From Takakia lepidozioides (lineage: Eukaryota > Plantae > Bryophyta), in contig CM060732.1 in NCBI GenBank assembly GCA_030704615.1, positions 29,822,001 through 29,886,000 of the forward strand: a stretch of 64,000 nucleotides of DNA, read 5' to 3'. A program made the position numbers and the translations under genes. Shown here in pieces: positions 36,561-49,095 of this stretch; within the stretch, counting starts at the first letter, position 1, and the number at the start of each line of letters is the position of its first letter. The notes under the pieces were generated by a model, which was not told the DNA's origin, did not search any database, and worked only from the letters and a program-made list of their open reading frames with translations.

Positions 36561-37216
36561 TTAGAGATATCCAACTCTTCTATCTTGGATTTTCCACCTC
36601 GGATAGCGAAGGGATGGGTGAGTAAAGTGCGCTTGACATTTGGCGACCATACTGGGGAACTGAGTCAAGAACAACCAGTTTTGACAGACATATGGTGGGA
36701 TCATGGTGGATGGAGAATCAAGGAATTTGATGTGAATCAAATTATCTATGAATCTGAGAAAGAAAGATTGTCCAAACAATTCTTTCAGAGGTTCTTGGAA
36801 TTGCCAGATGGTTGCAAAGAGAACATTCTTAAAGAGTGCATGATGCTGATCCGGAGTGGGGTCTGGAGAAAGGAGTGATAAAGATTTATCAAGTGGCCTG
36901 TAGAGGGAGAGCAAGTTGGTTACCAACACTGGTTTATGTGATAGCATTGCTATCCATTAAACGAGTGGAGTTTGAAAGCTGGGAGGAACGGAAGGTGAAT
37001 GTTTACACTCACATGCATAAGGAATTTGCACTGGTAAAGAACTGGGTACCCAAGGATATCCTGTAGATCAAGCTTACACCAAGAACGGCCTTTCAGACTT
37101 GTCTTCCATATGGATATATGGTAACGGAGCCTTCTAGTATAGCCAAGGGTGCGTTAAAGCTTGAAAGAAATCCAAGCATATACGAGAGATACTACAGGAG
37201 AGAGTTTTGGTTATTG
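36561..37216 (+). mobile_element. Continuation of the older family-A copy: LTR end (36638), PBS and ORF0; truncated by the DNMT element
   Basis: ..GCTTGACA-TT-TGGCGACCATACTGGGG; homologous to 34866-35560 in reverse orientation. Confidence 0.88.
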
Positions 37217-37746
37217 TGTCGTGCGCATACGTATCGCTACACAACTACATCGCCGTCCAAACTACACCACACATATATGGACAATAACGTAGTCTGCCAC
37301 AATGATTGTAAGAACTAAACTCACATGTTTGATAACAGACAAACACAAAACACAACACAAGCACTCGTTAAAAAAATAGAGTCGAGCCAGGGGCACCCCA
37401 AGCTATGGGGACTCCACCCCACAACATCCTATTCTCCCTTCATAAGCACACTCCGATTCTAAGCGGTGAAGGAGCTCGGTCGTGCAGGCTCAACTCGAGA
37501 GAGATGAGCCGCACGACTGACGCTCTCGTGAAGATAAGATGGTTCAGGTGTCAAGCTAAACTTGACATCTGACTTAACACTATAACTAAATCCAAGTGTT
37601 AAATATAAATAACTAGATTTATGCTAGTCAGTTTCACACTGTGTTTATTTAACTTGACAGCTGTCGTGCGCATACGTATCGCTACACAACTACATCGTTG
37701 TCCAAACTACACCACACATATATGGACAATAAAGTAGTCTGCCACA
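37217..37746 (-). repeat. 3' terminal region: two 85-bp TG..CA direct repeats (37217-37301, 37662-37746) bracketing a 353-bp LTR-like repeat B (37307-37659)
   Basis: The direct repeats differ at 3 positions. Repeat B has a homolog at ~53225-53510. Confidence 0.8.
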
Positions 37747-38006
37747 ATCGCCCCCCTAGCTGGTGGATAGGTCCCTCTAACTCTAGATAGCTACAAGATG
37801 AGATAGCCACAGCCGTACTAAGTCCTCTAACACTGTCCCTATTGTACTCAAATTCTATAGACCAAGAGGCCGGGTACAAGAGTAGCCCCATCGTTAGTCG
37901 CCGTCTTGCAATCTGTGAACTTGAGCCAGGATCTCGTGTGTTGAAGGTCTCATAGTAGCTTGGCCTTGCATTTCTTGTTAGCTTTCCATGGCTGTATCCA
38001 CTCCCA

Positions 38007-39547
38007 CTATCCAATGCAATGTGGACATAACCAATCCCCATTAGGAACCATCTCAAGAGGTGGAGTCAAACATCCCATATGCCAACCTCTAGAGCATCGA
38101 TCACACACCAGCATGGTGGCTGCCCCTCTAGCAGACCCACACAACATGCACCTCAAACTTGCAGGTACCACTGCCAGGTTTGGGTCAATCCTGCCATCGA
38201 CATTTGGAAGGTGACATGGCGCACAATTACGCACATGGTCCTTCCAAGTTATGCCATCCTGACCCTCCAAGATCAAGACGCCTGAGGGCAATACCTCTCG
38301 AACCCTCAAAATAACATGTCTTGCAGTCACATCCAGGTCGTAGGAGCAGTCTGCTGTAGATAAACATAGTCACTAGGGTTAAATCTCCGAACCCCAGGAC
38401 GATAGCCCCTACCACGTATGGTAGCATACCTCAACGTATCACGATGTTGTGCAATGGCAAGGTTCTCGAAAGCCATGGGCATGACTTTCTTGAACAACTC
38501 TGCACGCTGATCACATGTACGTGCCCACACGTCCAGATCGTCAAGGTTAAGAACTGTAGCAGCTTCTCTGCGAATGGATGTAGGCAAATCCGGCTCTCGG
38601 CCAAAGAGAAGAAAGTATGGTGAGAAGTAGGCAAGTGATGCTTGCTTGCTGAACCTATAGCCCATGGCTAACCAGGGTAACTGAAGGTCCCAATCTCCTA
38701 GGTGTCCCTTCTATAAGCCATACTTGCGCAAACCCCTCTTTATTGTCTGAACAACCCTCTCTGCCAAGCCATCGGCCTCAGGATGATCCCCAGAAGTGGT
38801 GCGGTGGTCTACCAAGGCCTGGTCACACAAAGCCTGAAACTCCCCCAATAACTCTCTCCCTGGGTCCGTGAGTACCTCATCTGGAGCACCGAATCGGCTA
38901 AGTACACAATCCAAGAATGCATACGCAGCTCCCTCACTAGCCTTATCAGGCAATGGAACCAACTCGATCCACTTGGAGAAGTGCTCCACCATCACCAACA
39001 CGTACTTGTTGTGGCGCATGGTCAGTGGCAACGGCCCTGCGAAGTCAAGACTCCACCTGTAGCCCAATCCCATGATCGCAAGAGGGTGCAATTGTGGAGT
39101 AGGGGCGTTGAATGAAGCACGCACCCTGTCACACACCATGCACCTAGCCACAAATTGTTGCACCTCTGTGTGCATACCACGCCACCAATACTGGCCCTGC
39201 AGTAGACTATGAGTGCGTCGCACCCCAAAATGCCCCAACTCCTCATGGGCATGCCGCACTAACCGTGCCTGCTGTGTTGGGTGAGGCACAATCCTCACTC
39301 GACCATCCTCCCACACTCGGAGCAGGTGTGTCCCCTCCCACTTGAACCTCTTGGCTTGTTGTAGGATCCGATCCCTCTCCTTGGCAGTCACAGTGGCTGT
39401 CGTGTCTCCAGTGCAGAGGTAGTCCAACACAGCTAAATCCTCATGTATATCTTTGGCGCCACCTTGCTCATTGCTGGCCTCAGGGTCCTCAGACACTTGA
39501 TCTACAGTCATCCCTGTTGCAGGTCCAACCTGGCCTTCCGCTGCCAA
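38007..39547 (-). pseudogene. Integrase with C-terminal PHD finger
   Basis: HEELGHFG..CMVC; WSLDFAGP; TDPG; ADGLAERVV; CMLCGSARGAATMLVCDRCSRGWHMGCLTPPLEMVPNGDWLCPHC (C4HC3). Confidence 0.92.
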
Positions 39548-39571
39548 GATACACAGAAATGCAGATGCATG

Positions 39572-41100
39572 TCATCTGGGCACCATCTCCTCGTCCGTCT
39601 CACCATACCACCGAGCTCCAATGTCATCCTGCGGGCTCGTGCATGGATTGCGACTCAACCCATCTGCATCCCGCTTGACCAAACCCGGTCGATGCACAAC
39701 CTGCAAGTCATACTCTTGAAGGATGAGTGCCCACCGTGCAAGCTTCCCCGTAAGCTTGTCTGACACCATCAACCACTTGAGTGGTTGGTGATCCGTGACA
39801 AGAGTGAAGAGATTGTCGTATAGATAGCACTTGAAGTGTGCCACGGCCCACACTGCAGCTAAGCATTCTCCCTCATATGAGCTATACTTAGACTCTGCAG
39901 CGTTGTTCGAGCGGCTAGCATAAGCCACTACGAACTCTCTTCCATCATCATCCACCTGTGTGAGCACCGCTCCAAGCCCCAGCATGCTCCAATATGTATG
40001 CAGCTGAAAAGGACGCCCCCTGATAGGTCGTCTCAAGATGGGCGCTGAGGTCAACCTCGCCTTGAGCTCTTGAAAAGCTTGTTCTTGCTCATCTTCCCAC
40101 TACCACTCCTGGTCTACCTTGGTCAGTTTGGTTAGAGCCTTTGCAATGGCACTAAATCCCTTAACAAATCGTCGATAATAGTTTGCTAACCCCATGAAAG
40201 CTCGAACTCGGCTCACATTTGTGGGGCGTGGAATCTGTGCAATGGACTCTACCTTAGTCTGCTCTACCCCCAATCCCCCAGGATATATCATGTGACCCAG
40301 ATATTCAATTTGGTTGTGGAAAAACTTGCACTTCCCCGGATGTAACTTCAATCCGTGCGCCCTCAAGCGCTCAAATATCACCTAGAGGTGTCTCTCATGC
40401 TCCTCCACCGTAGCACTAAAGATGATGATGTCATCTATGTAGCACCGAGCAAACTCCACCCCTGCTAGAATCCTTTCCATGACTCTCTAAAACTCTGCCG
40501 GAGCATTCTTAAGCCCAAATGGTAAGAACCGCCACTGGTATAGGCAATCCTTCCCGTGCTCATTGATCCCCCAGAGTGTCGTCTTCTGGTTATCCGCCTC
40601 CTTGATCGGCAACTGGTGATATCCGGATCATAAATCCAAAGTGCTAAAGACCTTGGCATGCCCAATGGCATCAAAGATCTCCTCTGGTGTTGGCATGGCA
40701 TACCTATCGGACTTGGTCTGACGATTTACAGGCCGGTAATCACCGCACATACGTCTCTCCGTTTAATTGCCATAGACATCCTTCTTGGCTGGCATCACTG
40801 TGGCTGAAGCATACTCTCCCCCAGATAGCTCCACCAAACCAGCCTCCCAAAGGTCCTGAGTTCTCATCTGAATCAAGGACCTCTCCATGTCACTGTATCT
40901 ATAGGGTCTCCGAAAGATTGGCGTGTCAGTAGCCAATTCAATGCGAATCTTGTGACCCTTCAGTGCTCCTAAGTCCTTCAAACTGAAAGCAAAGCAGTTC
41001 ATGTAAGCCCTCGAGAACCGTCGTATACGTTGTCTTTCTCCTCCGGTGACTATAGGTCCAACATCAGGCTCCCAGTTGTCCTCCGTGACTACAACCTTGA
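39572..41100 (-). pseudogene. Reverse transcriptase and RNase H
   Basis: PIFRRPYRYS..YASATVMPAKKD; LPFGLKNAPAEF; CYIDDIIIFS; LKLHPGKCKF..YLGH; AYASRSNNAAESKYSSYEGECLA..TDHQPL. Confidence 0.93.
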
Positions 41101-41416
41101 GTCCAGCAGGCTTTGAGGTAGAAGACGCGTCCCGTGGTTGCTATGCTGCAACCTCTTGAGCAGTGACCACTGCCTCCTCTGTCAGTGACAATGTCTCATC
41201 CTGCCCCATCATCCCATCCTTGAGGACCTCCTCAACCCGAGAAAAATCCCCAACCTGATACATCACCGCCGCCTTGGCTGCCAACTCCTTCTGAACCTCG
41301 AGCACCTCCCACGTGTGCTATGGATGCGGCCTGCACCTCGTGGTCCTCACCTGCTCGCCCCCACTCGCTGCCTGTACCGTCTCGGTAGGCAGGGAGACCC
41401 TCAAGGGAAGTGTACT

Positions 41417-42400
41417 TCATACTCTGCGTTGCTCAGCCATAGCTAAGCTGATAATCCAGGTCAAGCAATTGAGGTCCATTGCTTGCCTCGACACCTGACG
41501 ACGTGATGCCTCAGAAAGAGATGGCACCGCCGTGGTACCAGTGGTAAAACCCATCGCCCGCTCGCGCTTCTCGGCATTGGGCTCCACTAATTGCTGCAAC
41601 TGGCTATCCCACAAGAGGCGAGGTCCACAATCCCGAAAGGCATGAGATCCTGGAAAGCTGAGCAGTGTAGGCAATGCGGCTCGTGGGTGACCCACCTTGA
41701 CCACTGCCAAAGGTGATCGGTCATCGTGTCTCACATGCTGAGACTGTCTCCATTTCTCCAAAATGCTATCCACCGTTAGGTGTGGTGGCCGCTGCACCCC
41801 ATCAAATGCACGCTTGAGCAGTGCATGTGGCATCAAGTTGGTCCACCATAAACGTGGGCGATGAGCCCGTGACCCCACTGCAGCTGCATCCAGCAACACT
41901 GGTAACCCAAGCCAAGACCGCACTTGATGCACACTGGCCATCACCTTGGCCCGAGAATCACCCATCAATGGCACATTCTCCAAAATATATGCCGAAGAGT
42001 CTGTCTGCTGAAGCTGTAAATAGCGTAGGACCCTCAACATCTCCCAAAACAAGCGTGACCTTGAGTCTTGTAACCCATCGCCATCCCCGGCTGATGAATG
42101 CCCTTGGTAGGGCCAACCTGCCACTACCAAGTGAATAGGGTCAACCCGCTCCAAATCATGCGCCCACAGCAAAGAGATGTCTGCTGGCAATGCTTGTTGG
42201 TATCCACAAACTACAGACACTGGCAACAAATCAGGGTATTGCTGTACCGACTGAGCAACATGGCGCAGTGAGACGCATTGTGCAGTCTCATCCCTCTCCA
42301 CATACAGGTAACGTCGAACTCGTACACCTGCCTACAGCACTGCAGCCAATCCAGTGCTGATCCCGCCAAACAAGTCTAGAAGGCATATGCCTTCATCCGG
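41417..42400 (-). pseudogene. DNMT3-like C5 cytosine methyltransferase domain embedded in pol
   Basis: Motif I LLDLFGGISTG; motif II YLYVERD; motif IV VVAGWPYQGHS (PCQ->PYQ); motif V GLQDSRSRLFWE; motif VI YILENV; motif VIII DAAAVGSRAHRPRLWWTN; motif IX RERAMGF; motif X RRQVSRQAMD. Confidence 0.92.
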
Positions 42401-42532
42401 GCACTGCCACACAAGAGGTGTGGTGTCCAATGGCGACATCTGAGGTGGTCCTGGTGCAATCACTGCATTCTCCTCCTCTCCTGACGGTATGAAGGCCTCT
42501 ACCCAGGCTTGTTGCACCCGTCTATCAGCAGC

Positions 42533-45223
42533 CTACTGCAAATCCTTGGTCGTACCCCACAATGGAGTGTGAGCAACCATGGCAAGCAACTCCGCCGTAC
42601 CATGCATGTCATCCTGTTTTGTTGGAGGTGGCACATCCTCTGCATGGGCATTGCCCTCCAGCAACTCTCCAGGCCAACTAACTGCAGTTGTGAAGGCTGC
42701 TAATGCTGGCATCTTGCCCCGCTGGGCAACAGCAATACCCCCAATGAACGTCACAGGGAGCTGTACACAACGACCATCCCCTGACTGCCATCCAGGCCTG
42801 TAGGATGCTGACTCCTCCCAAAAATCCAGGGTGAAGCCCATGGGATACAACACTGCCCCACCAACGAGGACATCGTAAGATACCGCGTCTGTCACAATGG
42901 CCTTGGCTCGCATCACTGAGCCATCTATAGGATGATCCGGCTGTAGTCTAATGGCCAACTCACACCGTGTCATGCCTCGAGCCTGCTCTGATCCTCCCTG
43001 AGATGTCTGTATCTGGGAAGGGACAAAGCTCCATATCCGCCTCCATGAGGCCCAAACCTGCAATAGCAGCTCTGCCCAACATCAGTGGCTGAGCTCCCGA
43101 GTCCAACAAGACCCGCAGTGGCCAGTACTTCTTGCCTGCCGGTCCACTCAAAGTGAAAATGTCATCCTGGTTGTCTAACAAGACAACTCCAGGTGTCACC
43201 ATGGCGCGCTCAAAGGCTGGCTTAGCTGGCAGCTCCGTCAACCTGACAGCTGCAGCTTGCCATGGCCCAGCCGTGGCAATCTTGACCCTCAAATCCGAGG
43301 ATCCCTCTGCCACTACACCTTCCACTAACTCCGCAGAAGATGAAGTGACCTCCCCACTCTTATAGAGTGTTGCTGCTAGTCTGAACACTGCAGCTGGTCT
43401 TACCCCCGGCGTTGCAATCATGGTTGCCGAGAACAGTGGGGCTTGACACACAGAGGTGGCCGCCCCCAACAACACACTGGCTGCACTAGCCTTGGCAGCA
43501 AGTGTCAATGCTGCACGTGTCCCAATGACACAATAACCTCCGCCTCGGTATCCGTGGGACGAGAATTAGGTGCCATGGATGTCATCAACACTATCTCCGC
43601 CAAAATGAATGATTGAGGCATCCTAGGCTGACGGCTTGCCTCCCCACGTCGTGAATCCAACTCCACCTCTGCACCTCGTGGCTCAGGAACTCGTGCTGCC
43701 ATGGCACTGGTACCACCTGAGCTGTGGCCATGGCATCAAGCCTTTGCTCTAGCTGCTGAAGCCGATTGGCCATACCTTAGTCAATGCCCTGACGTCCACG
43801 TCCTTGGCCATACTGTGCTTGCCCTTGTCTTGCACCTCGTGCCTGAGCACCTCATCCTCTCTGAGATGCTCCACCTCACCCTCAGCCACCATTGTTACCT
43901 TGGAACTAGCCTCGCCGGAACTCAGGGTGCAAGTCATAACACTGGGCATCTCCATGCCCATACTTGCCACAATGCCCACACTGCAAACTGTGCAGGCTGT
44001 GCTTGTGCCGGCCCTTTGCCACTTTCAGGGCAATTTTTCTTGACATGGGGTCCTCCACATATCCAACATACCACCCCTGGTTGTTGTTGGCCTGCAAAAG
44101 AAGCTACTGGCCTCTGCACCTGAGGTCCCCTATAAGCTCCATGGAATTTGGGTTGGGCAACCTTGCCCCCCTGACCACGCTGTTGGGCAGTCCCTTGTAC
44201 CTATTGGCTGGCAGCTGCGCCTTGTGCAGGCATGTCCTTGCCAAATCCAATGGTAACAACTCGCTCCTCCACCATGTTGAGCTCAATCCGCTCAGCCAGC
44301 AGAAACACATCTGCTAATGTGGGTTGGGCCGCTTGTAATAGGGTTGCATCCCGCACCCTTCTCCTGAGCTCCTTGTTCAAAATTCCATACCAGAACTGGA
44401 CTGCCTGAGCTTCAGTAACCCCTTGGGTCACACTTATCAAGCGCCTCATACGAGTGTAGGCCTCTCGCAAGCTCTCACTGGATTTGCGCTGGAAGTCTTG
44501 CAAACTTCGTAGCTTCTCTGTCCGTACGCCTAGGTAGTTCGTCCGCAACTCCTAGAAGAACTCCACCACCGGGTTGAATCTAGGCACATGTGATGTAGTC
44601 GTGGCAGGAGGAGTAGTAGCACCTTTTGAACTGGTACCACCTGCAGAAGTACCGGCACTACTTGTTCCACTGCTAGTGCTGGCAGTGGGAGATATTGGTG
44701 CTGATACAGCTACTGGTCGCGTCGTGCCTTGAGTAATGGAGACGTAGTCAGGTGACCAATACATCCTCCACTCCTCAATCTCTGCTTCATGTCCTCGCCT
44801 AAACTCGTGGTAATCGTCCATAGGCCGGCCTTCCAAATGCTGGAACAGTCCCTTCCACGCCATGAATGGGGTGAACAGCTGTGGATTGCGCATCTGCTGC
44901 AAATCACACTAGCTGTCGAACTCCTGGATAAAGTCATCCAGTTCGATTGTGCCCATAGCTCTAGAGTACCTACAAAGCCCCTTGGTAGCTCCATACATCT
45001 CCTCCATGTTGTCCCACAACAATGGCAAATGAAACTGCACACCTGTTGATGAAGCCTCCGAGTCTGTGTCTGACTCTGCACTAGTTGAGGGTGGCGGTGA
45101 AGGTGGTCTGAAACGAACACCTCGTCTGGTGAACCCACTCTCACTGCTACTGCATGTAGCCGTACTCCCCTCAAAACCCTTGGGTAACTCCGTGATGACA
45201 TTCACAACCCGCACCTCCCCCAC
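42533..45223 (-). pseudogene. gag (two CCHC knuckles) and aspartic protease of the DNMT element
   Basis: LDDFIQEFD..FQRKSSESLREAYTRMRRL; CWICGGPHVKKNC, CGHCGKYGHGDAQC; VLLDSGAQPLML..YDVLVG. Confidence 0.85.
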
Positions 45224-45760
45224 GTGACACTATAAGGCTCTAGTACTAATTCTAATAGTGACACGGGTGAGCACCTGTTGCGGATTAAGGGTCATATCCC
45301 AATGGCTAAGGGCACCTGCACCTGCATCCACCGCAAGAACTCCTATGGTTGGCTGGTCATCAACCCAGCCTCACCATAGAAGAAACACTGGTGGTCTTGC
45401 TGGTCATCACTCCAGCCTCACCACCGACAGCATACTCTAGGATCGACCGGTGATCAAATCCGGCCTAATCCCTATGAAAGCAAGTGCCCACACAAAACCA
45501 ACATGGCGCCCAGTCAAGCATGCAGGTGTTGGAGGGGATCCAAACACAAGAAATCAAAACATCAACACCCCCACACCAAAATCCATCTGCAGTGTTGATC
45601 CTGCAGAACATCCCAGCCCAAAACCCTGGATTGACTGGCCTCCACCAAGAGAGGCTTTGGCAACTACAAGTACAAAGTAATGAAAATAGTAAAAAGAGGG
45701 AGGGGAAGAATAGAGGCCCGACCAAGCAAGATCTAATCCTGATCTATGCTATCAACTACC

Positions 45761-48700
45761 AGACTTCTCTCAAAGTGCCTCGCTCTGCATGATGGTAAGG
45801 TGTAGAAGGTATATCTATGTCCAAAAACCTGTTACTAATCTTATCCCAAGCTACAGTAGCTCGCTCTAACAGTATGCGCACGACAGTTGTCAAATTGTTC
45901 CAAGCCGAATGAAACCATGAACGAAGTTGGGAATCCTTCTGCATCATAACTTTTGCATCATATAGGTACATATGAGGTGGCACTGAAGGTAAGACCCAAT
46001 GATCCCCACTGGAATAACTCAGAAATTGGGATTGCATCCTCTGCTGCTTAATGTGATAACGTGCTAGAAAACAAGCAGCATAGTATAATCCACAGCCCAT
46101 GACAATACTTGATACCTCCTTGGTCTTGGTATAAATGTACCCATGTACAACTTGGAAGGAAATTAATTCCTTCAACATGGTACCTGCTTCAGACCAGTAC
46201 CTCGCAAAGTGATGATCCTCAATGGGTCGATTGTTCGGAAGAACCTTAGTCCCAGTTGCCACTGGCAGCCAAATGCGCATGATCTGGTAGTAATGTGCCA
46301 ACGACTGCGGAGGACTAAATTCCTTCCAAGCCAAATCCAACACAATGGGAATTTGGTTGAAGGGCATAATCATAGCCCGACTGTACTCCCATGCAGCATG
46401 AGTCTTAGGTGGGTTAAAAACAGCATCCCCCCATACCTCATGTTGTGGTGTGGCTGTAGTAACAACAGGGTCAGCTACCTTCACAGCCACCTGCTGTGGT
46501 ATTGGTACCACTGGCCCTTCTACCACTGGCATCTCCTATACCCCTTGCGAAGAAGACTGAAAAAATAGCTAACCTCCTGTGGGGCTTGCAAGTATCGAGT
46601 GAGAGAAAATGCACTCTCAATGCTTCCGTCCTTACGCCACTGCGTGAGAAATAAAGCGAGTGTGTAATCCGTTACATCTGCCATAGCTACAAAACTAGTG
46701 CTTTGATTGCCCCTTCCGTCGAGACCTTGGCTATTCAGAGCCACCCCGACTCTTCCGCTCATAACACTTCCTATTTCTTGTTCTTGTTTCTTGGAGGGAA
46801 CCACCTGCATGTAATTCGCACTCCTGATTGGCTGTGGACTGCTTAGGTAATTTCTTAATTCCACCCCCCTCCATGGACATTCCCACCTGGAATGTCCAGT
46901 AGGACAGCACATATGGCTTAGGTTTCCCTTTTTTGTACTCGGAAAGGGTTCCGTTACCCTTGCACTGAATGCATTAATGGGCTCACAATTAGTATTAGCT
47001 GTTGTACCGGGTAGGTACTTTGACGGCCCGATTTGTCCGTTTGCATGATGAGACCCTTTTTTGCAATTGATGCAGTGCGGTGTGCCACGCCTTAGTGGCC
47101 ACGTGTCCGTTTCTAAACATGCCCCCGACTTCCCCTCTCCGCGTGGCATATTCTCCAAGTTTGACTTCCAAACTTCCTCTTCACTCGATGGCCACTTTTC
47201 TAACGTTAATTCACGTCCACCTGTCACTGACCCTATGGACTGTGTGTATGGGCTGTGTTGGGCTGTGACAGGCTGTGTGGCACTGTGGTGGGCTGTGATA
47301 GGCTGTGTGACACTGTGATGGGGGGTGTGAGGCGGTTAGTGTCAAGTGTGTCACGCTGTGATGGGCTGTTGTGATAGGCTTGTGTCACGCTGTGATGGGC
47401 TGTGATAGGTTGTGTCACCCTGTGATGGGTTGTGATAGGCTGTGTGACACTTGTACTTCCCGCCCTGGTCATACACGCTCGGCTTAACGACAAGTGCTCC
47501 ATACTCCGTTGGTATCACTGGCGCAGCCCGTGACTGCTTTTGCGTTTCAACATGCAAATCGTGCTGCAATGGTTTGTCATGGATACCACTATACCCCATC
47601 AACTTATTGGCATTGACTCTTCCCAGCATCTCTTTGTTAATGGTTTGTAACATGGCGGTGTTGTTATCATACATCTTCTGTATGACATAAGCGTTTTCCA
47701 TGGTGATTTAAGCTTAGAAGCTTTAATCTCTCCTTCTTCTGCAACCAGAGAACCAATATCCCCGTCTTAAAGTCTTTAATTTGCCTCATCAAACTGTTCC
47801 TTCCTCTTCATCAAAATTCTGGTCATGTTATCAGCTGCATCAGCACGTACTTCTTCCACATGGTATAAATCATGTTTCCTGACCTTAATTGAATCTTCCA
47901 ATTCCATTCTCTTTCCCCATTCAGTTCTCATGGTAGATAACAAGAATTCCACTGGAAGTAAAGCTTCCATACCATAAACTAATTGGAATGGTATGTGAGC
48001 TGCCACCACTGGCCCCTCATTCACAGGAGCTCTCACCTCATTCTGGTGTCTGATCCAGAATGGACAGGCTGCCTTGCGATGGCCTGCCTGATTACAATAG
48101 TAACACAGTTCTTCCCCATTAGGTCCTCGCCTTGGTCTGTTCTGGAATTGTTTCTGTAATCCTGATTCCTTGGTGGTAATTCCCCCTTGGATTACCCTGA
48201 TAGTTGTCTCTGGAATTTCCTTGGTAATTCCCTCTTGAATTACCTCTCCCTTCCATGCCATTGTTATAACCACCAGGCCTACCATAGTGGTCCTGATCAC
48301 TGTTTCTTCTTGACTGGGGCTGCACTTGATGCACCCTTACTTGCCTAGGTTCTCTAGCTGCTGTCCTTCTGTTGTAGTAACAATTCTCAGTAGAATGGTT
48401 TATCCATTTTACAGATAGTAAATGTTTCCTTTCATGTGGCATTCAGTGGTGGTATGGCCTTCATTCTAGCACTTTGCACACCAAACACCCTTCCTCCAAT
48501 GTGTTGCAGCTTGTGGGCATTTTACTTTTCAAGATTTCTTCTAATCTTTCCTCATAGATATCCTCTTCAACTTTTCCTTCCTCTTACTCTCCTTTTCAAC
48601 TCTTGCTCTTCTTCCTCATCTGACTCATCCTCGGAGTCCTCATCATCTCTTTCTCTCTCCTGAGCATTCCAATTGCTCAATATGTTCGCTGTTTCAAATG

Positions 48701-49095
48701 CCTCCTCCACTGTATTATGGGGTAACATATCCACTTTCTTTTGCAACTCTGGTCTTAGTTCACTCAAAAACCAAGTCTTCTATAAACCTGGTGCTGATAC
48801 AGCAGCCAGCTTTTTCATCATCAATTCCATCTTTTCCATTATACTCCTCAAACAGTTTCATGCTTCTTTTGCTTTAATGTTGTAAACTTCCATACACTTC
48901 ATCCTCAGTTTTACTTGTCCTGAACCTATTTCGGAATATTGTATTCAAGCCATTCCAGGTTAGGAAATGATTATCAGGGAATCTTGCATACCATTCACTT
49001 GCTTCTTATAAGTGAACAAGGAAACAGTCTCATCTTGCATCATCGCCATTCTCATTGTTTCACAATACACATGTGCTCAAATTGCTAATGTGTAC
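45761..49095 (-). mobile_element. Internally deleted family-A variant (gag fragment, integrase tail, minisatellite, ORF3 N- and C-terminal pieces)
   Basis: Homology to 32840-33950, 28740-29260, 27850-28030 and 24700-25390, with deletion junctions near 47990 and 46560. Confidence 0.85.

Larger units (their letters stand above)
37217..45760 (-). mobile_element. Ty3/gypsy LTR retrotransposon carrying a C5 DNA methyltransferase and a PHD finger; decayed, 5' LTR not seen
   Basis: Order gag-PR-DNMT-RT-RH-INT-PHD. PPT AGGGGGGCGAT precedes TGTGGCAG at 37746. Inserted into family-A ORF0. Confidence 0.9.
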
